Shown: piece by piece, positions 49,836 through 61,823 of the stretch
Layout of the letters: every line of letters begins with the position of its first letter
Numbering within the stretch: position 1 is the stretch's first letter
Source: an uncultured Bacteroidales bacterium
GTDB lineage: Bacteria; Bacteroidota; Bacteroidia; Bacteroidales; UBA10428
DNA length: 64,000 nt
Reading direction: 5' to 3'
Assembly (NCBI GenBank): GCA_963808745.1
Contig: CAWEGX010000012.1
Location: 86,720 to 150,719 of the forward strand
The notes under the pieces: generated by a model
The model's database searches: none
What the model was told of the DNA's origin: nothing
Seen by the model: the letters and a program-made list of their open reading frames with translations, nothing else
Translations under genes and position numbers: made by a program

Positions 49836-49900
49836 CAACAAGTTATTTGATATTTTGAATTATTTCCGGCGAATGGTGGTCAATACGACCGATTTTTCCA
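49763..49900. mobile_element. MITE copy R (138 bp, inverted relative to copy L)
   Basis: Starts TGGAAAAATCGGTGCC, ends GGTGGTCAATACGACCGATTTTTCCA; outer 72 bp match copy L at 62/72 ungapped. Confidence 0.72.
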
Positions 49901-49944
49901 GATAATGATATTGTATATCGCCGGAATCTTTCGGTCGACAATTA

Positions 49945-50187
49945 TTATGCTGACTTCTCAGCAATTTTCTGTGAGATCCACATTTTAATAATCGATTGCC
50001 GTGTAATGCCCAGCCGGTTGGCTTCCCGGTCGAGCTGATGCACCATCCAGGCAGGGAAATCAACGGTGATGCGTCTTTGTTCAAAACCAGGCCGTTTTTT
50101 CCCTGAAATGTCCAAATAGTCAGCAATATTTTCTCCCGCTTCAAAAAGTTGATCAAATTCAGCGGCCTTTATATATTTCTTTTTCAT
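49945..50187 (-). CDS. BrnA/CopG-family (RHH) antitoxin
   Basis: AAEFDQLFEAGENIADYLD, RRITVDFPAWMVHQLDREANRLGITRQSIIKMWI. Confidence 0.87.
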   Translation of the reverse strand: MKKKYIKAAEFDQLFEAGENIADYLDISGKKRPGFEQRRITVDFPAWMVHQLDREANRLGITRQSIIKMWISQKIAEKSA

Positions 50188-50422
50188 ATTCCCGGGCTTT
50201 TCTCACTGAAATTAGTCTGATGTTTTTATTCCTTATCGTATAGATTCCGGACCAGATTTCCTTTTCAATCCTGCCAATAATCATAAATCGAGGCTCATCA
50301 AGGTTCCTTGCAGGTATTTCAACCCGTTCGGGATCGTTCCATATTTTTTGCGCTTCAATAAAATCAATACCATGCTTTGCCCTGTTAGCGATGCTTTTAT
50401 TCTCATCAAACTCAAATGGCAT
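50159..50422 (-). CDS. brnT: BrnT-family toxin
   Basis: FEFDENKSIANRAKHGIDF, EPRF..IG, YTIR...IRLISVRKA; likely start MPFEF at 50422. Confidence 0.9.
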   Translation of the reverse strand: MPFEFDENKSIANRAKHGIDFIEAQKIWNDPERVEIPARNLDEPRFMIIGRIEKEIWSGIYTIRNKNIRLISVRKAREYEKEIYKGR

Positions 50423-50444
50423 TTGCAAATCATATTTGATGTAA

Positions 50445-50467
50445 AAATACATAATTAATATGTATTT
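50445..50467. promoter_or_regulatory. Palindromic putative BrnA operator
   Basis: AAATACATA-ATTAA-TATGTATTT about 22 bp upstream of the brnT start. Confidence 0.5.
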
Positions 50468-50755
50468 AATACAGTATTATAATTTTTTTTCCGGGAGTTC
50501 GCATACCCTCTTCCTGAACCCTGCCGGCTCAATTTTTAATCTGGCTGGCGAAAAAGAAAGGGAAGAAAAGCCTGTTGCTTTTGGCGAAAAACCGCTTTAA
50601 AATTAGAAATATCATTAATTTGGTAGTCTAAAAGCGTTATCATGAATAATAGAGCATTCTGTTTATCCTTGTCTACGCCCGATCTTTGCTCAAAATATTC
50701 CAGGTATTTTGGGAGCGTAGCAAGCTACTGACGATAGTGCACAAACCTTAATAAT

Positions 50756-53250
50756 ATGAAAATCAAAACCAATCTTTTATTCTTTGCCATTTTACTTCTA
50801 TCCTTTGGCGGAAGTGCTGTGGCCCAGGAATCTTTCAGTTCTTTCGAAAGAGCAAGACTTCATCCCCTGACATACAACAAGCCGGCTGTTGATTTTTTTG
50901 AAGGGGCATTGCTGGGGAACGGGGCAATGGGCGTTGTGGTAACTACCCGCCCGATGCGGTGGTGCTCTATTTCGGTCACAACAATGTCTGGGACATCCGG
51001 ATTGCAGAAAATAACAGGGAGAAAATCGGAACTTTTAAAGAGGTTTTTAAACGTGTAAAAGCAATTCCTGATACCTTGTCAGTTCTTACCCAGGATCCAT
51101 GGTACAACGAATACAGCTGAAATGACTGCTGAAAACTACTCGAAGCCTTATCCCCGGCCATTTCCCTGCGGTTCGGTATTGCTGGGTTTCGACCGCCGGA
51201 ATGCTGAAATGATCGGTCACCGGCTCGATATCTCCAACGGACTTGTGCGAAGTTTTCCTGCTAACCAAAGATCAGAAAGAGATTAACCTGCAGATTTTTA
51301 CCGATATGACCAACGATCAGCTTTGGATGCGATTGGTTGATCAACAGGGCAATCCGTGCGAAAATATTTTTGACCGTGTTCGTGTGATGCCCGATCCATC
51401 AACACCGAGAGAATTTCCGAAGACAAAAACTGAGGAAGATTTATCAAAAGGAATTCTCTCTTTTCGCCAGACCTTGCCCTATTCGGAACCGGATAAATAC
51501 GATCAGGGAAAAAGGACATCCGAAAGACAAAGCATTCCGCCTGACTGCTACCACTGAATTGTTCGCTTGAAAAAACGATCAAGAATTAACTGGGACGGGA
51601 ACAAGCAGGAAATGGCGCACTTTGGAAGCAGGAATTCAGAAAAGGAAACTGGATTTGTCGGGATGCATTTCACTTCAGGAAGGATTGAACAATGGATGTT
51701 GCCAACGATTTCCCGGAAACAGAAGTACCTCAGACTGAAAGATTTCAATGCTTCATTCTGAAAAGTCAACAAATCTGGAAAGAGTACTGGAATAAATCGG
51801 GGGTAAAACTGAGTGACCAGTTCCTGGAACGAATGTGGTACCACAATCTCTATTTTCTGAATTGTGCCACAAAAGATGGCGCAACCACTCCCGGACTTTT
51901 TGCCAACTGGAGTTACAACAACATTGGCACTGCCTGGCATGGCGATTACCACATGAATTACAACACCCAGCAACCTTTCTGGGTTACCTTTTCGAGTAAT
52001 CATCTGGAAAAAAACCTGCCCTATGTCAACCTTATCGAAAAGTTAATGCCGGTCAGCAAAAGTTGGGCAAAGGAATATTATGAGTTGCCCGGCGCCTATT
52101 TTCCGCACAGCGCCTATCCGGTTGATATGACAATGAATGCCTATCCGGTTCCGACCTGGGGATGGGAGATTGCCGAAACACCCTGGGCAGTGCAGGGTTT
52201 GTGGTGGCACTATCTGTATTCCGGCGATACCGAATTTCTGAAAACCCGGGCTTATCGAGCCGATAAAAGCAGCAGTTGAATTTCTGGTTGCCTACATGAA
52301 ACGACCCGAAGCCAGCGGACCACAATGGAACGATGACAAATTCCATATTTTCCCGACCGTGCCTCCCGAATTGTACGGATTTCGTCCCGGATTCAAATAC
52401 AATTACGATTGCAACGCTGATCTTGTCGCTCACCAAATTTATTTTCAAGGCATTTACTGAGGCAGCCCGGGTTTTGAACATTGAAGCAATGGAGAAAGCT
52501 TTACTGAGCTGATGTAAAAATGATTTTGTCGCGTTTTCCGGAATATCCAACTGCAGTTTCGAAAGAATATGGAAAAGTGCTGGTTTCGGTTCCCGAAGAG
52601 CACGACCAGGTGGTTTACAATGTTCCAAATGCCCTGTTTACGGTATTTCCCGGGCGAAGATCATGGTTTGCATTCTGATCAGGAAACCATGATGATATTG
52701 AAGAATACCTATTTACAATCAGCAAAACGAAGGGGGAAACGACCTGGTGTTTATCAATTTGCAGGCTGCCCGCATCGGAATGCTCGACCTGGAACGGTTT
52801 AAACGGCAGGTCAATTATTCCCTGATGCCCAACGGAACAGCTTCCGACCGGGTAATGCAGGTGCATGGCCGTTACAGCGACACCACTCCTTATGGTTATA
52901 TGGATAAAATGGGTATCTGGTTCGAAAATTTTGCCTTGCCGGTTGTGGTCAACGAATGTCTGATGCAGAGTTACAACGGCACCATCCGGCTTTTCCCCAA
53001 CTGGCCCATGGAAAAAGATGCCGAATTCCATAACCTGCGCGCCGCAGGAGCATTTCTGGTAACAGCATCGCTGAAAAACGGAAAGGCAGGTAAGATTGAA
53101 ATTACCAGCGAAGCAGGAGGATTATTGAAAATGATTTTACCTTGGAAATCAGGAGGAAGTGTTACCAATGGAAGCGGTCAAAAAATGCTCCAATCGAATG
53201 TGGTGGAAATGCAAACTAAAAAAGGTGAAACGATTATTTTTAAACCTTGA
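50756..53250 (+). CDS. GH95-like glycoside hydrolase; broken by many frameshifts
   Basis: Signal peptide; EGALLGNGAMG, FGHNNVWD (shifted frame), WHGDYHMNYNTQQPFW, ECLMQSY...IRLFPNWP...LRAAGAFLV. Confidence 0.8.
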
Positions 53251-53340
53251 AAAAGATAACAAACTATAAATTCATGCCAGCGAAACTACAACCGCTCATG
53301 ATAAAACTGGAACATACAGTAAGGCCAGAACGCTTAATAA

Positions 53341-56088
53341 ATGACTATGAAGAAGCATCTATTTATTCTTATCCTTTTCTTCAGTACAGCCATGGTACAA
53401 GCTGCCACGGTTAAAAATTTACGCTGTGAACGTTTGGTTGCCCCCCTGGGTGTCGATATTGAACGCCCCCAGCTGAGCTGGATGATTACCGAAGGCGAAG
53501 ATCCGGCGAAAGTGATCCGCGATCAGCGACAAACCGCCTATCAGGTAATGGTTGCCTCTTCCCGAGAGAACCTGGCTGCCGGCTTGAGTGATCTCTGGAA
53601 CAGCGGGAAAGTGGAGTCCGATCAAAGTATTGGTGTAGTTTATTCGGGCAAACTGCTGAAATCTGGGATTCCTTGCTTTTGGAAGGTCAGAATTTGGGAC
53701 AAAAAAGGGAAACCTTCTTCCTGGAGCGAACCTTCCCAATGGAGTATGGGACTGCTGAAGCCTGAAGACTGGCAAGCAAAGTGGATTACATATCCTGATA
53801 CAATGCGACTTTATCATCCCTGGCTGCGCCGGACGTTTGAGATGAAGGACGATGTTAAACGGGCGGTGATCTATATCAATACCGGTTCCTATTATGAACT
53901 GCACATCAATGGCAAAAAGGTCGGTCCGTATGTGCTGGAGCCGGGCATCACACAGGTCAACAAGCGGTTTGTCGTCAATGCCTATGATGTTACCTCCTTC
54001 CTGGTGAAAGGCAAGAACACGATTGCCCTCTGGATGGGCCCTGGCTGGTATCAGCCGCGTAATGGCAATACTTACAATGCGCCGATTCTTCGCGCCCAAT
54101 TGAATATCGTTTCTCCATCCGGCCCGATGGTGATCGGAACTGACGCAAGCTGGCGGGTGAAGGAAAGCTGTATTTCACAGATCGGCAGCTGGTCCTGGAA
54201 TAACTTTGGAGGCGAGCGTTTTGACGCCAGGGAGTTTGTAGAAGATTGGGATCAGGTTGGCCTGGACGATTCCAGTGGGTGCAGGCGCGTGAGATACCGG
54301 CGCCGCTTTTAGCGCATTCCTGGCAGGGCTGCGAAAGCGCGCGGCTGAGCGATCCGATGAAGCCCGTTGAGATCCGGCAACTGCAAAACGGCAAATGGGT
54401 GATTGACTTCGGGCGGCCCCTGACCGGCTGGATGCGTTTGAAAATGCACGATCTCAAGGCCGGGCAGGAAGTGCAGATCAATTATGCCGACATCGATGAC
54501 AACCGCAATGCGCGGAAGCTGGCATTCGAGGTCAATGCCGACGGATTCCAGGATTTCAATCAGAAGGATGTTTTCATAAGCGCTGGGAATGTCATTGAAA
54601 CATTCTGTTCCAGATTCAATTACCACAGTTTCCGTTATGCTGTCATTGCCGGGCTTGACCAGAAACCTTCTGTCAGCGATGCAGAAGCCATGATGATAGA
54701 GCCTGACCTGGCATCCGCAGGGTCATTCGAATGTTCGAACGATCTGTACAACCGAATTCATGAGATCACGCGCTACACGCTTTCGCACCCAGAATCCTTG
54801 CCTGGCACTGGGTACCGGGGAGGCACGTGAGAAGACGGCCTATGGCGACGGTGGCGCCCATCTTTCCGGATATCTGTATAACTTCAGGTGTGACGCTAAT
54901 TTAAAAAAGTGGATACTTGACTGGAGTGATGCCCAGCGGGATGACGGCTGGTTCAGGAATACGGCTCCATCTTTTGAAGATCACGGCGGCGGTCCGGCTT
55001 GGGGAGGCCAGGTCAGCGAGTTGGTCCGGCGGATGATCCTCTATTATGGAGATAAAAACATGGTTGAGCAGATGTATGACAAACTCAGAAAGTATGTCGA
55101 TTACCTGGAAAGCAAAACTACCAATGACATACTGCGTTCCTTTACGCCGACCACGCGAGAGGAGGATTGGATGTTCATCGGCGACTGGGCGCGTCCCGCA
55201 GCGACTGCCGGCCAGGGCTTCAACATGGATAAAAAGGATGAAAGAGAGTTTTTCAATAATTCCTATCGCGTGTTGCTGTGGCAGCAATTGCAGTATTTCG
55301 CCACGAGCCTGGGCCGCACCGATGAGGCCACGCGCTGCGGGGAGCGGCTGGCGATAATCCGTCCACTGGTTCACAAGGAATTCTACCAGCAGGACAAGGG
55401 CGACTACCGCTACCGCAGCCAGAGCAGTCTCGCCATGGCGCTTTATGCGCGCATCCCGCCGCCTGAGTTGCGTGCGAAAATACTGGCGCAGTTGGAGAAT
55501 GATATTGTGGTTGAGAAGCAAGGCCATCTCGATACCGGCCTGCTGGGAACCTTTATCATGCTCGATTTACTGATACAGGAGAACCGGAATGATCTTGTTG
55601 ATCTGATCATGGGGCAGACGACTTATCCAGGGTGGGGATATCTGGTCAAGGAATTGGGCCTCAAGACATGGCCCGAAACCTGGAGCGGCTGGGGTAGCCA
55701 TGTGATTCTTGTCACGGCAACGCCGGGCTCATGGTTCTTCGAGGGTCTGGGTGGAATCCTGCCCGATCCGGCGAAGCCAGGGTTCAAGCATTTCACGCTA
55801 CGACCCGGCATCGTCAAGAGTGTCGATTGGGTAAAGTGCAGCTACCAATCTCCCTACGGTGAAATCGTCTCCAATTGGAAGTCGGAGAAGGATTCTTTCA
55901 AGTGGGAAATCCACGTCCCGGTCAACAGCACGGCGACGATCTATCTGCCGGCCACCTCTGCTGATCAGGTGAGTGAGTCGGGAAAGAAAGCCGACAAGGC
56001 AAAAGGAGTGAAGTTCCTCCGGATGGAAAAAAAAATTGCCGTTTATCAGGTTGGCTCGGGGAGTTATGAGTTTAAGTCAGGGGATTAA
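53341..56088 (+). CDS. GH78 alpha-L-rhamnosidase-family protein; frameshifts near 54275 and 54780
   Basis: NLRCERL.APLGVD..RPQLSW, LWNSGKV, IDFG, FNYHSFRY, FECSN.LYN, GHLDTG, TTYPGWGY, SPYGEI.S.W. Confidence 0.85.
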
Positions 56089-56226
56089 TTTACGAGGCAA
56101 AATCATAATACCCCTTGAGAATTAAAATAGATCACAGCACGATCAAATCTATCAGCGTAAAATGCCAAAATGGTTCAACAGTTATTCCCAGTTTTCGATT
56201 TATGACTTCTTAGCCGACCTCGACCT

Positions 56227-57388
56227 TTACCGGGATTCTTCAACAATCTCTTTCACCCTGAAGGTTGCCTTTCCAATGCTTTCAAATTCACCCTGTTTGT
56301 CATAGGCGGAGAAGAAGCAGGTATACAGACCGTTCCCCTCATCGATGAGTTGATGGGGAACCCGAATGCACCGCCACCACGCATTGGTTCCGGCCGGCAG
56401 CCCTTTATCCATGTCTATGATTTGAGCGTTTCCCACAGGCCACGTCAAACCGTCCTCCGAACAGCTAAATCCGATCTGGGAGTTATTGCCGGTCGTCACT
56501 TCAGGCTTAAGGAAATCGAAGATGATCGTCCAGTATTCCTTGCCGGTAACAGGCCCCTTTATCCTGGTGATCAAAGGATTCTCCACGAAACCCGTCGGCT
56601 CCATGAACCGCTCCGGGGCGTGCTCCGGCATATAAATGAACGGACCTTCCGGGCCTTTTGCCTTTACAATCAATACCCACCAGTTTCCCGATGTGGCATT
56701 GAATGGTTCGGGTCCGCCGCCCAGAAACGCGTACCATTTCCCATCGGCGGCCTTGAAGGGTGGACTGATGCTTGATGCCGCGGCATCGGTCGGATGGGCG
56801 ATTCCGCTGGGCGCTACAATCTCTCCGGGGTACTCGAACTCGCCGTTGATCCCGGACAATCCCTTCGTTTTGGCTCCTGCCCTGCGCAGCAAAGTTGGGG
56901 TGTCCCATTGGCGTCTGCGGTCATAGGCCATGAAATTGAAATAGACGAACCAGCGATCCGCCTTTTCATCGAAAAAGAAGAAGGGGCTGCCGGTCAACTC
57001 CCACATTCCCGTCTCGGGATTTTTGCCCGGACGGAACAGAATCTTGTGCCGTCTCCATTGGTTTCCGTCTTCGGATATCCAGTGCTCGGTCCGCATGTCC
57101 GCCCAGCGCGTGGCACCGAAGGTTTCCATGGTCGATGTGACCATGTGGTAGGCGGCTCTGTCCGTTGATTTTTACTTTCACGGTGGTGCCTGCCTCAAAT
57201 CCGGCGGGTATGTCCTTTGCATCGGGATGCTGTGGGCCGATGACCGGAACCGGCTCGGTCTTCACCAGTTCCAGGCACAATCTGGTCGTTTTGTTTGCGG
57301 TCGCAGGCTGATTATCAATATTGCCAACATTTTGTGCCTGAGACCAAAGGGTAATAAACAGAACAGATAAAAACAGAAATTTCTTCAT
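56227..57388 (-). CDS. Secreted five-bladed beta-propeller glycoside hydrolase-like protein (GH32/43/130-like fold); frameshift near 57150
   Basis: Signal peptide; GFEAG, SEDG..W repeats, FVENP, GPEGPF. Confidence 0.6.
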
Positions 57389-57390
57389 GG

Positions 57391-60300
57391 TTATTTTGTC
57401 TTTTTAACAGTCAGTATTTTAACCGGGCCCATCAATCCCGATTTCAATAAAGGAGAATCGGCGTTGTAGTGTTTGTAGGTAGTAAAAGTATACCGCCCTG
57501 ATGTCCTTGGTTTTCCGTTTAGCAGCCATTCCGGCCATTGCCCGTTTTTAATTCCGTCGTCCGGTTTTATGTTCATCACCAATCAACCGGTTTGGCCAGA
57601 GGTTGGCCACTTCAATATCTAACCGGTTATCGCCTGAAACAACTGCATCTGTAATTTTTATGCGGAAAGGAGCAGTCCATACAACACCCATATCTTTGCC
57701 GTTTACATGAATGCGCGCCAGGTTGTTCACTTCTCCCAGATCAATAAATACATCAGTCTTTTTATCAGCAATAATATTTTCAGGAAGTTTTATGGTATTG
57801 TGATAGTTTGCAATTCCTGAATAGTATTTAATGCCTTCTTCCGGTCTTGAAGTCCAGTCATCAAGTTTATCGAAAACAACATTTTCAGGTCCGCCCCATT
57901 TCGGGTCGAAGGACACCTTCCATGGATTATTCACTTCAAACAAAACTTCCGGTTGGGCAAAATTTTTCACGCCCGTTAGAATTGGCTGGTTTTGCTTTTC
58001 TATTTTGATTGAAAACAATAAAATAACTTTCGTAAGCCTCAAATTGAAGTGGTATTTGAATCTGGCCTTTCTTTATTTCGAAATCAGGAAGTTCCCGCGT
58101 TTCTCCGGTCATAGGATTCCACAATTCGGGTGTTCCTTCGCTCACCCGGAATGAACAATTGACATTTATGGCAGCATTGGTTTTGTTTGAAACAAAATAA
58201 ATTTCTCCGGATGGGATCAATTGATGCGTATATCTTACAGAACCATCTGATTCAAAATCTTCAGGAATACCCATTTCGCGGAGTATTGAAGCCGTGGCAT
58301 CATAGTCAGGGTAAAGCTCAGGCAGTTTAATACCGGAGAAAGCACCGCCCCAATAAATTTTACCCTTTCCCAACTTTCGTTCGGAAATTTGTGAAGGTGC
58401 GGTTGTTGCACCCCACATGGATCCGGATTTCGCTGCAACCTGCCTGTCACATTCGGGATAATTCACCAGGCTGGGCGATTTAAGCGGAGGATTTCCTATA
58501 ATTACAGCGCCGTCGTTCACCAATGATTCAATTTTATTGAGCAAAGCCGGAGTCATGGTTTCAGTGTTCGGCAGAACAAGGACGTAATAGGAAGCCCCTG
58601 ACGGGAATACGATTTTCCCGTCAGTAACTGAAGCTTTCAATAACTGGGAAGGCGAACAGCCATCAAAATTATAGCCTTTCCGGTCGGGAAGAAATGCATC
58701 TTTTGACTCACCCGGCAGCATTTCCTCATTGGCTGTTAAAACCAACGATTTGTCCGGTACAATTCCTTTTGTCAGAGCAGAAGCCGGTGCACGGAATACC
58801 TGGGGTGCCCCTTCAGGTGTAAGGTAAAGAATGTCGGCAACTGTTTGTCCCTGTTGCAGAATGTACTGACAACGGGAAACATATTTATGGTATCCGTCCG
58901 CCATAGGCCACCAGGTCTGACTGCGTTCATGATGCACACCATAAGGCCCAATGGTCATCCCTGGTTTCAGGTTGTCATGGAGTGGCTGATGCTGAAAGGT
59001 AAGGTACACGAATTTGTTAATTCCGGCTGCAAAAGCCCAGTCGCCCTGATCTTTCATTGATCCCGGATATTGCTTCCAGGCATCGAGATAGGCTGTAAAA
59101 GCCTCGGCAGCAACAACCTTCTTTCCTTCGATATGGGCAATAGATGCCGCCTGAATACAACTGAAAGACGAATTGAATCCATAATCTTTACTCCAGAATT
59201 CGCACATCGGAACATCAGCCACTGCACCCAATTCCATATCGGCAGTAGGGTTCATATCGTAAGGCTCGATGGAAAAGCCCATGTTGTATTTTTGTGCGTA
59301 TTTTTTGAGATGAATTGCATGATTTTCAATAACTAATTCCTGAGCTGTCAGCCGCAAATCCCATAAAAAACGTTCGCTTTTCTCAAGGCTTTCAACCACC
59401 AGGCCCGCATAAACAGGATAAAAAGGAAGCGGATCGTAGCCTCTGCGCTTTTTAAATTCTTCCCTGAATTTTAAAGTCCAGTTTTGCGCTCCCATTTCCC
59501 AGCTATCCATGTGCAGCATTTTTAAGCCGCCCTGCAAATTTTTATCAGGCATACCGGTTTTTTGAAGCAACTTGCCGGTGAAATTTGCCATGTGTGCATT
59601 AATGGCTGTGGTATCGAATTTATCGGCTTCAAAACCCACACCCGGTAATGGAGCAGGCGGGTAACAGCGCCGTTGTTTCTGCTTCCGAAACGCATAATGG
59701 TCCAGTTACCCTCGGGAACTTTCCAATCCAGGGCGCCATCCGGTTTCAGATACCGGGTTACATCAATGATTTTATCCGGTGAAATTACAGTTCCTTTAGC
59801 CGGTTCACTATAATTTGCAAACGATGGAAGAAATGGTTTTACACCAGGCATTGAAGTGATATGGATCGCGATAATACAAGGCTTTCCTGTGTAATATCGG
59901 TTATTCTGAATTCGCCTACCGGAGTTGGAAATGCAAGCACACAAACATCTTCATAATAATCGAGCCATTTTTGCCTGAGTTCCGGAGTGAAAGCGTCCTC
60001 ACCAAAATAGGGATTCATAGGTGCCGGCTTGGGAAGGATGATTGGCTTCTTTTCATTTTCTGAAACCTGAGTTAAACTATAAACAAGATGTTTCATTGAC
60101 TGGGCACCTGTAACCCATGGACCACCGCTGCCGGTCCAGCCGGGACCAACCCCAAGGGTTATAGCGATACCTAAGCGCTCGGACTCGCGAACAACATGGG
60201 TAAACAAATTCATCCATTCTTCGCTCATGAAATCAACTTTTCCCCGGGGAATACCAACATTAACCTCCATAAACAATACACTTCCAATGCCCGCGGCTTT

Positions 60301-60501
60301 CATCGACTCCAAATCAGCAGTTATTCCTTGTTTCGAAATATTGCCATCCATAAAATACCAATAAACTCCGGGACGGGCAGAATCAGGAGGATTTAGAAAT
60401 CCTTTCTTCAATTCGGAAAATGCCGATTCGCCCTTGTGTTGCGAACAGCTGCCTGCAAACAAGGTTGCAGCAATTGTGATAACGATAATAATTTTATTCA
60501 T
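57391..60501 (-). CDS. GH106 alpha-L-rhamnosidase-family lipoprotein; about 4 frameshifts
   Basis: Lipobox AGSC; RPGVYWYFMDGNISKQGITADLE, HMDSWEMG, PMCEFW, AAEAFT, DLGEV...VNG, EVANLWPNRLIGD, SGLMGPV. Confidence 0.87.
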
Positions 60502-60594
60502 TCAATGTTTTTTCATTTCAAGCGCCTTCCCAATTGATATTAATACGTCAGTATTTTCACAAAATAAGTAATTTTTTTGTTTTCCCTAAATGGG

Positions 60595-61662
60595 TTATAA
60601 GCCCCTGGCAGCATCAATAAATGCTGCAATATTATCCCATGGTATCGACGGGTCCAAAATATGGGCCGGTGCCACCAGGAAACCGCCATTTTCTCCAAAA
60701 AGTCCATTTGTTTCCCTGACTTTCGAAGTCACTTCTTCCGGTGTTCCGTTAAACATCACTGACTGTACACCTACGCCTCCCCAGAATGAGAGTTTATTTT
60801 TATATTTCCTATAAATCTCAGTAAGGTCATTACACTCAGGCTGGATTGGATTTAAAACTTCTACACCGGCTTCAATAAAGTCGTCAATAACCTCCTCGAC
60901 CTTTCCGCAGCAGTGCATAAAGATGATTACTTCGGGATTTACTTCTTTTGCCGCCTGTATGATCCTTTGAATCCTTGGTTTGAAAAAAGTATGATAGGTT
61001 TCCCGTGACATCATCAAACCCTGCTGGCTCACAATATCATCGCCTAAACGAATGATATCAACCCCTGCTCTGGCAAATAAGCGTGCTTGCTTAATCCTGA
61101 TTCGGGTAATATTTTCGCAAATGGCATGAGCAATATCTTCATTCAGGAGCAAGTCAATCATGAATGGCTCCATATTCCTCATCAACCATGCAGTTTCAAA
61201 AATAGTCTGGTACAATTCTCCACATACCGCATAACCCCTGGCTTGAAATTCCTTGGTTTTTTTTGCCACTTCAATATACCGGTATTCTTCACCCAGATCA
61301 GGCCAGGGATAATTGTTGATTTCTTCGACCGTGGACATATGTTCCAAAGGGTGGTACTTATAATGTGGAATTTCATACAAGGTCGGAACTGAACCTATTC
61401 CCCATTCATCAAAATGTACATTTTCATTGAGAGATCCGATATTGAAAAATTGGCTGAAATCAGTATTTTGTCGTGTTGGTGCCGGGAGCACAAACCTTGT
61501 ATCAAAGTCAAAATACTCTTCAGGTGGTAAATCTGATCCCGTTTTTTCCCGGTATGTCTTCATTAGCAAAGGTGTAAATGCCCCCCAGCTGATTTCAAAA
61601 GGAGTTTTATCAGGCTTACCTGTTCTTTTTAATGCTGTCAATACTCTTTCCCTGGAATTCAT
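60595..61662 (-). CDS. URO-D/MtaA-CmuA superfamily protein
   Basis: MNSRERV, DEWG, FETAWLMR, LGDD, HCCG, LNPIQPE, FWGG, APAH. Confidence 0.85.
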   Translation of the reverse strand: MNSRERVLTALKRTGKPDKTPFEISWGAFTPLLMKTYREKTGSDLPPEEYFDFDTRFVLPAPTRQNTDFSQFFNIGSLNENVHFDEWGIGSVPTLYEIPHYKYHPLEHMSTVEEINNYPWPDLGEEYRYIEVAKKTKEFQARGYAVCGELYQTIFETAWLMRNMEPFMIDLLLNEDIAHAICENITRIRIKQARLFARAGVDIIRLGDDIVSQQGLMMSRETYHTFFKPRIQRIIQAAKEVNPEVIIFMHCCGKVEEVIDDFIEAGVEVLNPIQPECNDLTEIYRKYKNKLSFWGGVGVQSVMFNGTPEEVTSKVRETNGLFGENGGFLVAPAHILDPSIPWDNIAAFIDAARGL

Positions 61663-61823
61663 TATATGATAAATTTAATAGCTGTGTTTACAGAATAAAT
61701 TTAGCAATATCTCTGATACAAAAAGCTTCCGCGCAGCACCGCTTTTAAAAAATGAGTAACTTACCCTTTCTGTCTTTCTGGTGAATATGGATATTTATGT
61801 CAAATCACATTAAATACAAAAAA

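Noticed and set aside
47666-50470. Prophage or intact integrative element at tRNA-Arg
   Set aside because: No integrase, phage or conjugation genes, and no duplicated tRNA 3' end seen in the window
60595-61662. True hemE uroporphyrinogen decarboxylase
   Set aside because: Lacks the HemE PVWxMRQAGR signature and has the HxCG motif of the methyltransferase-like branch
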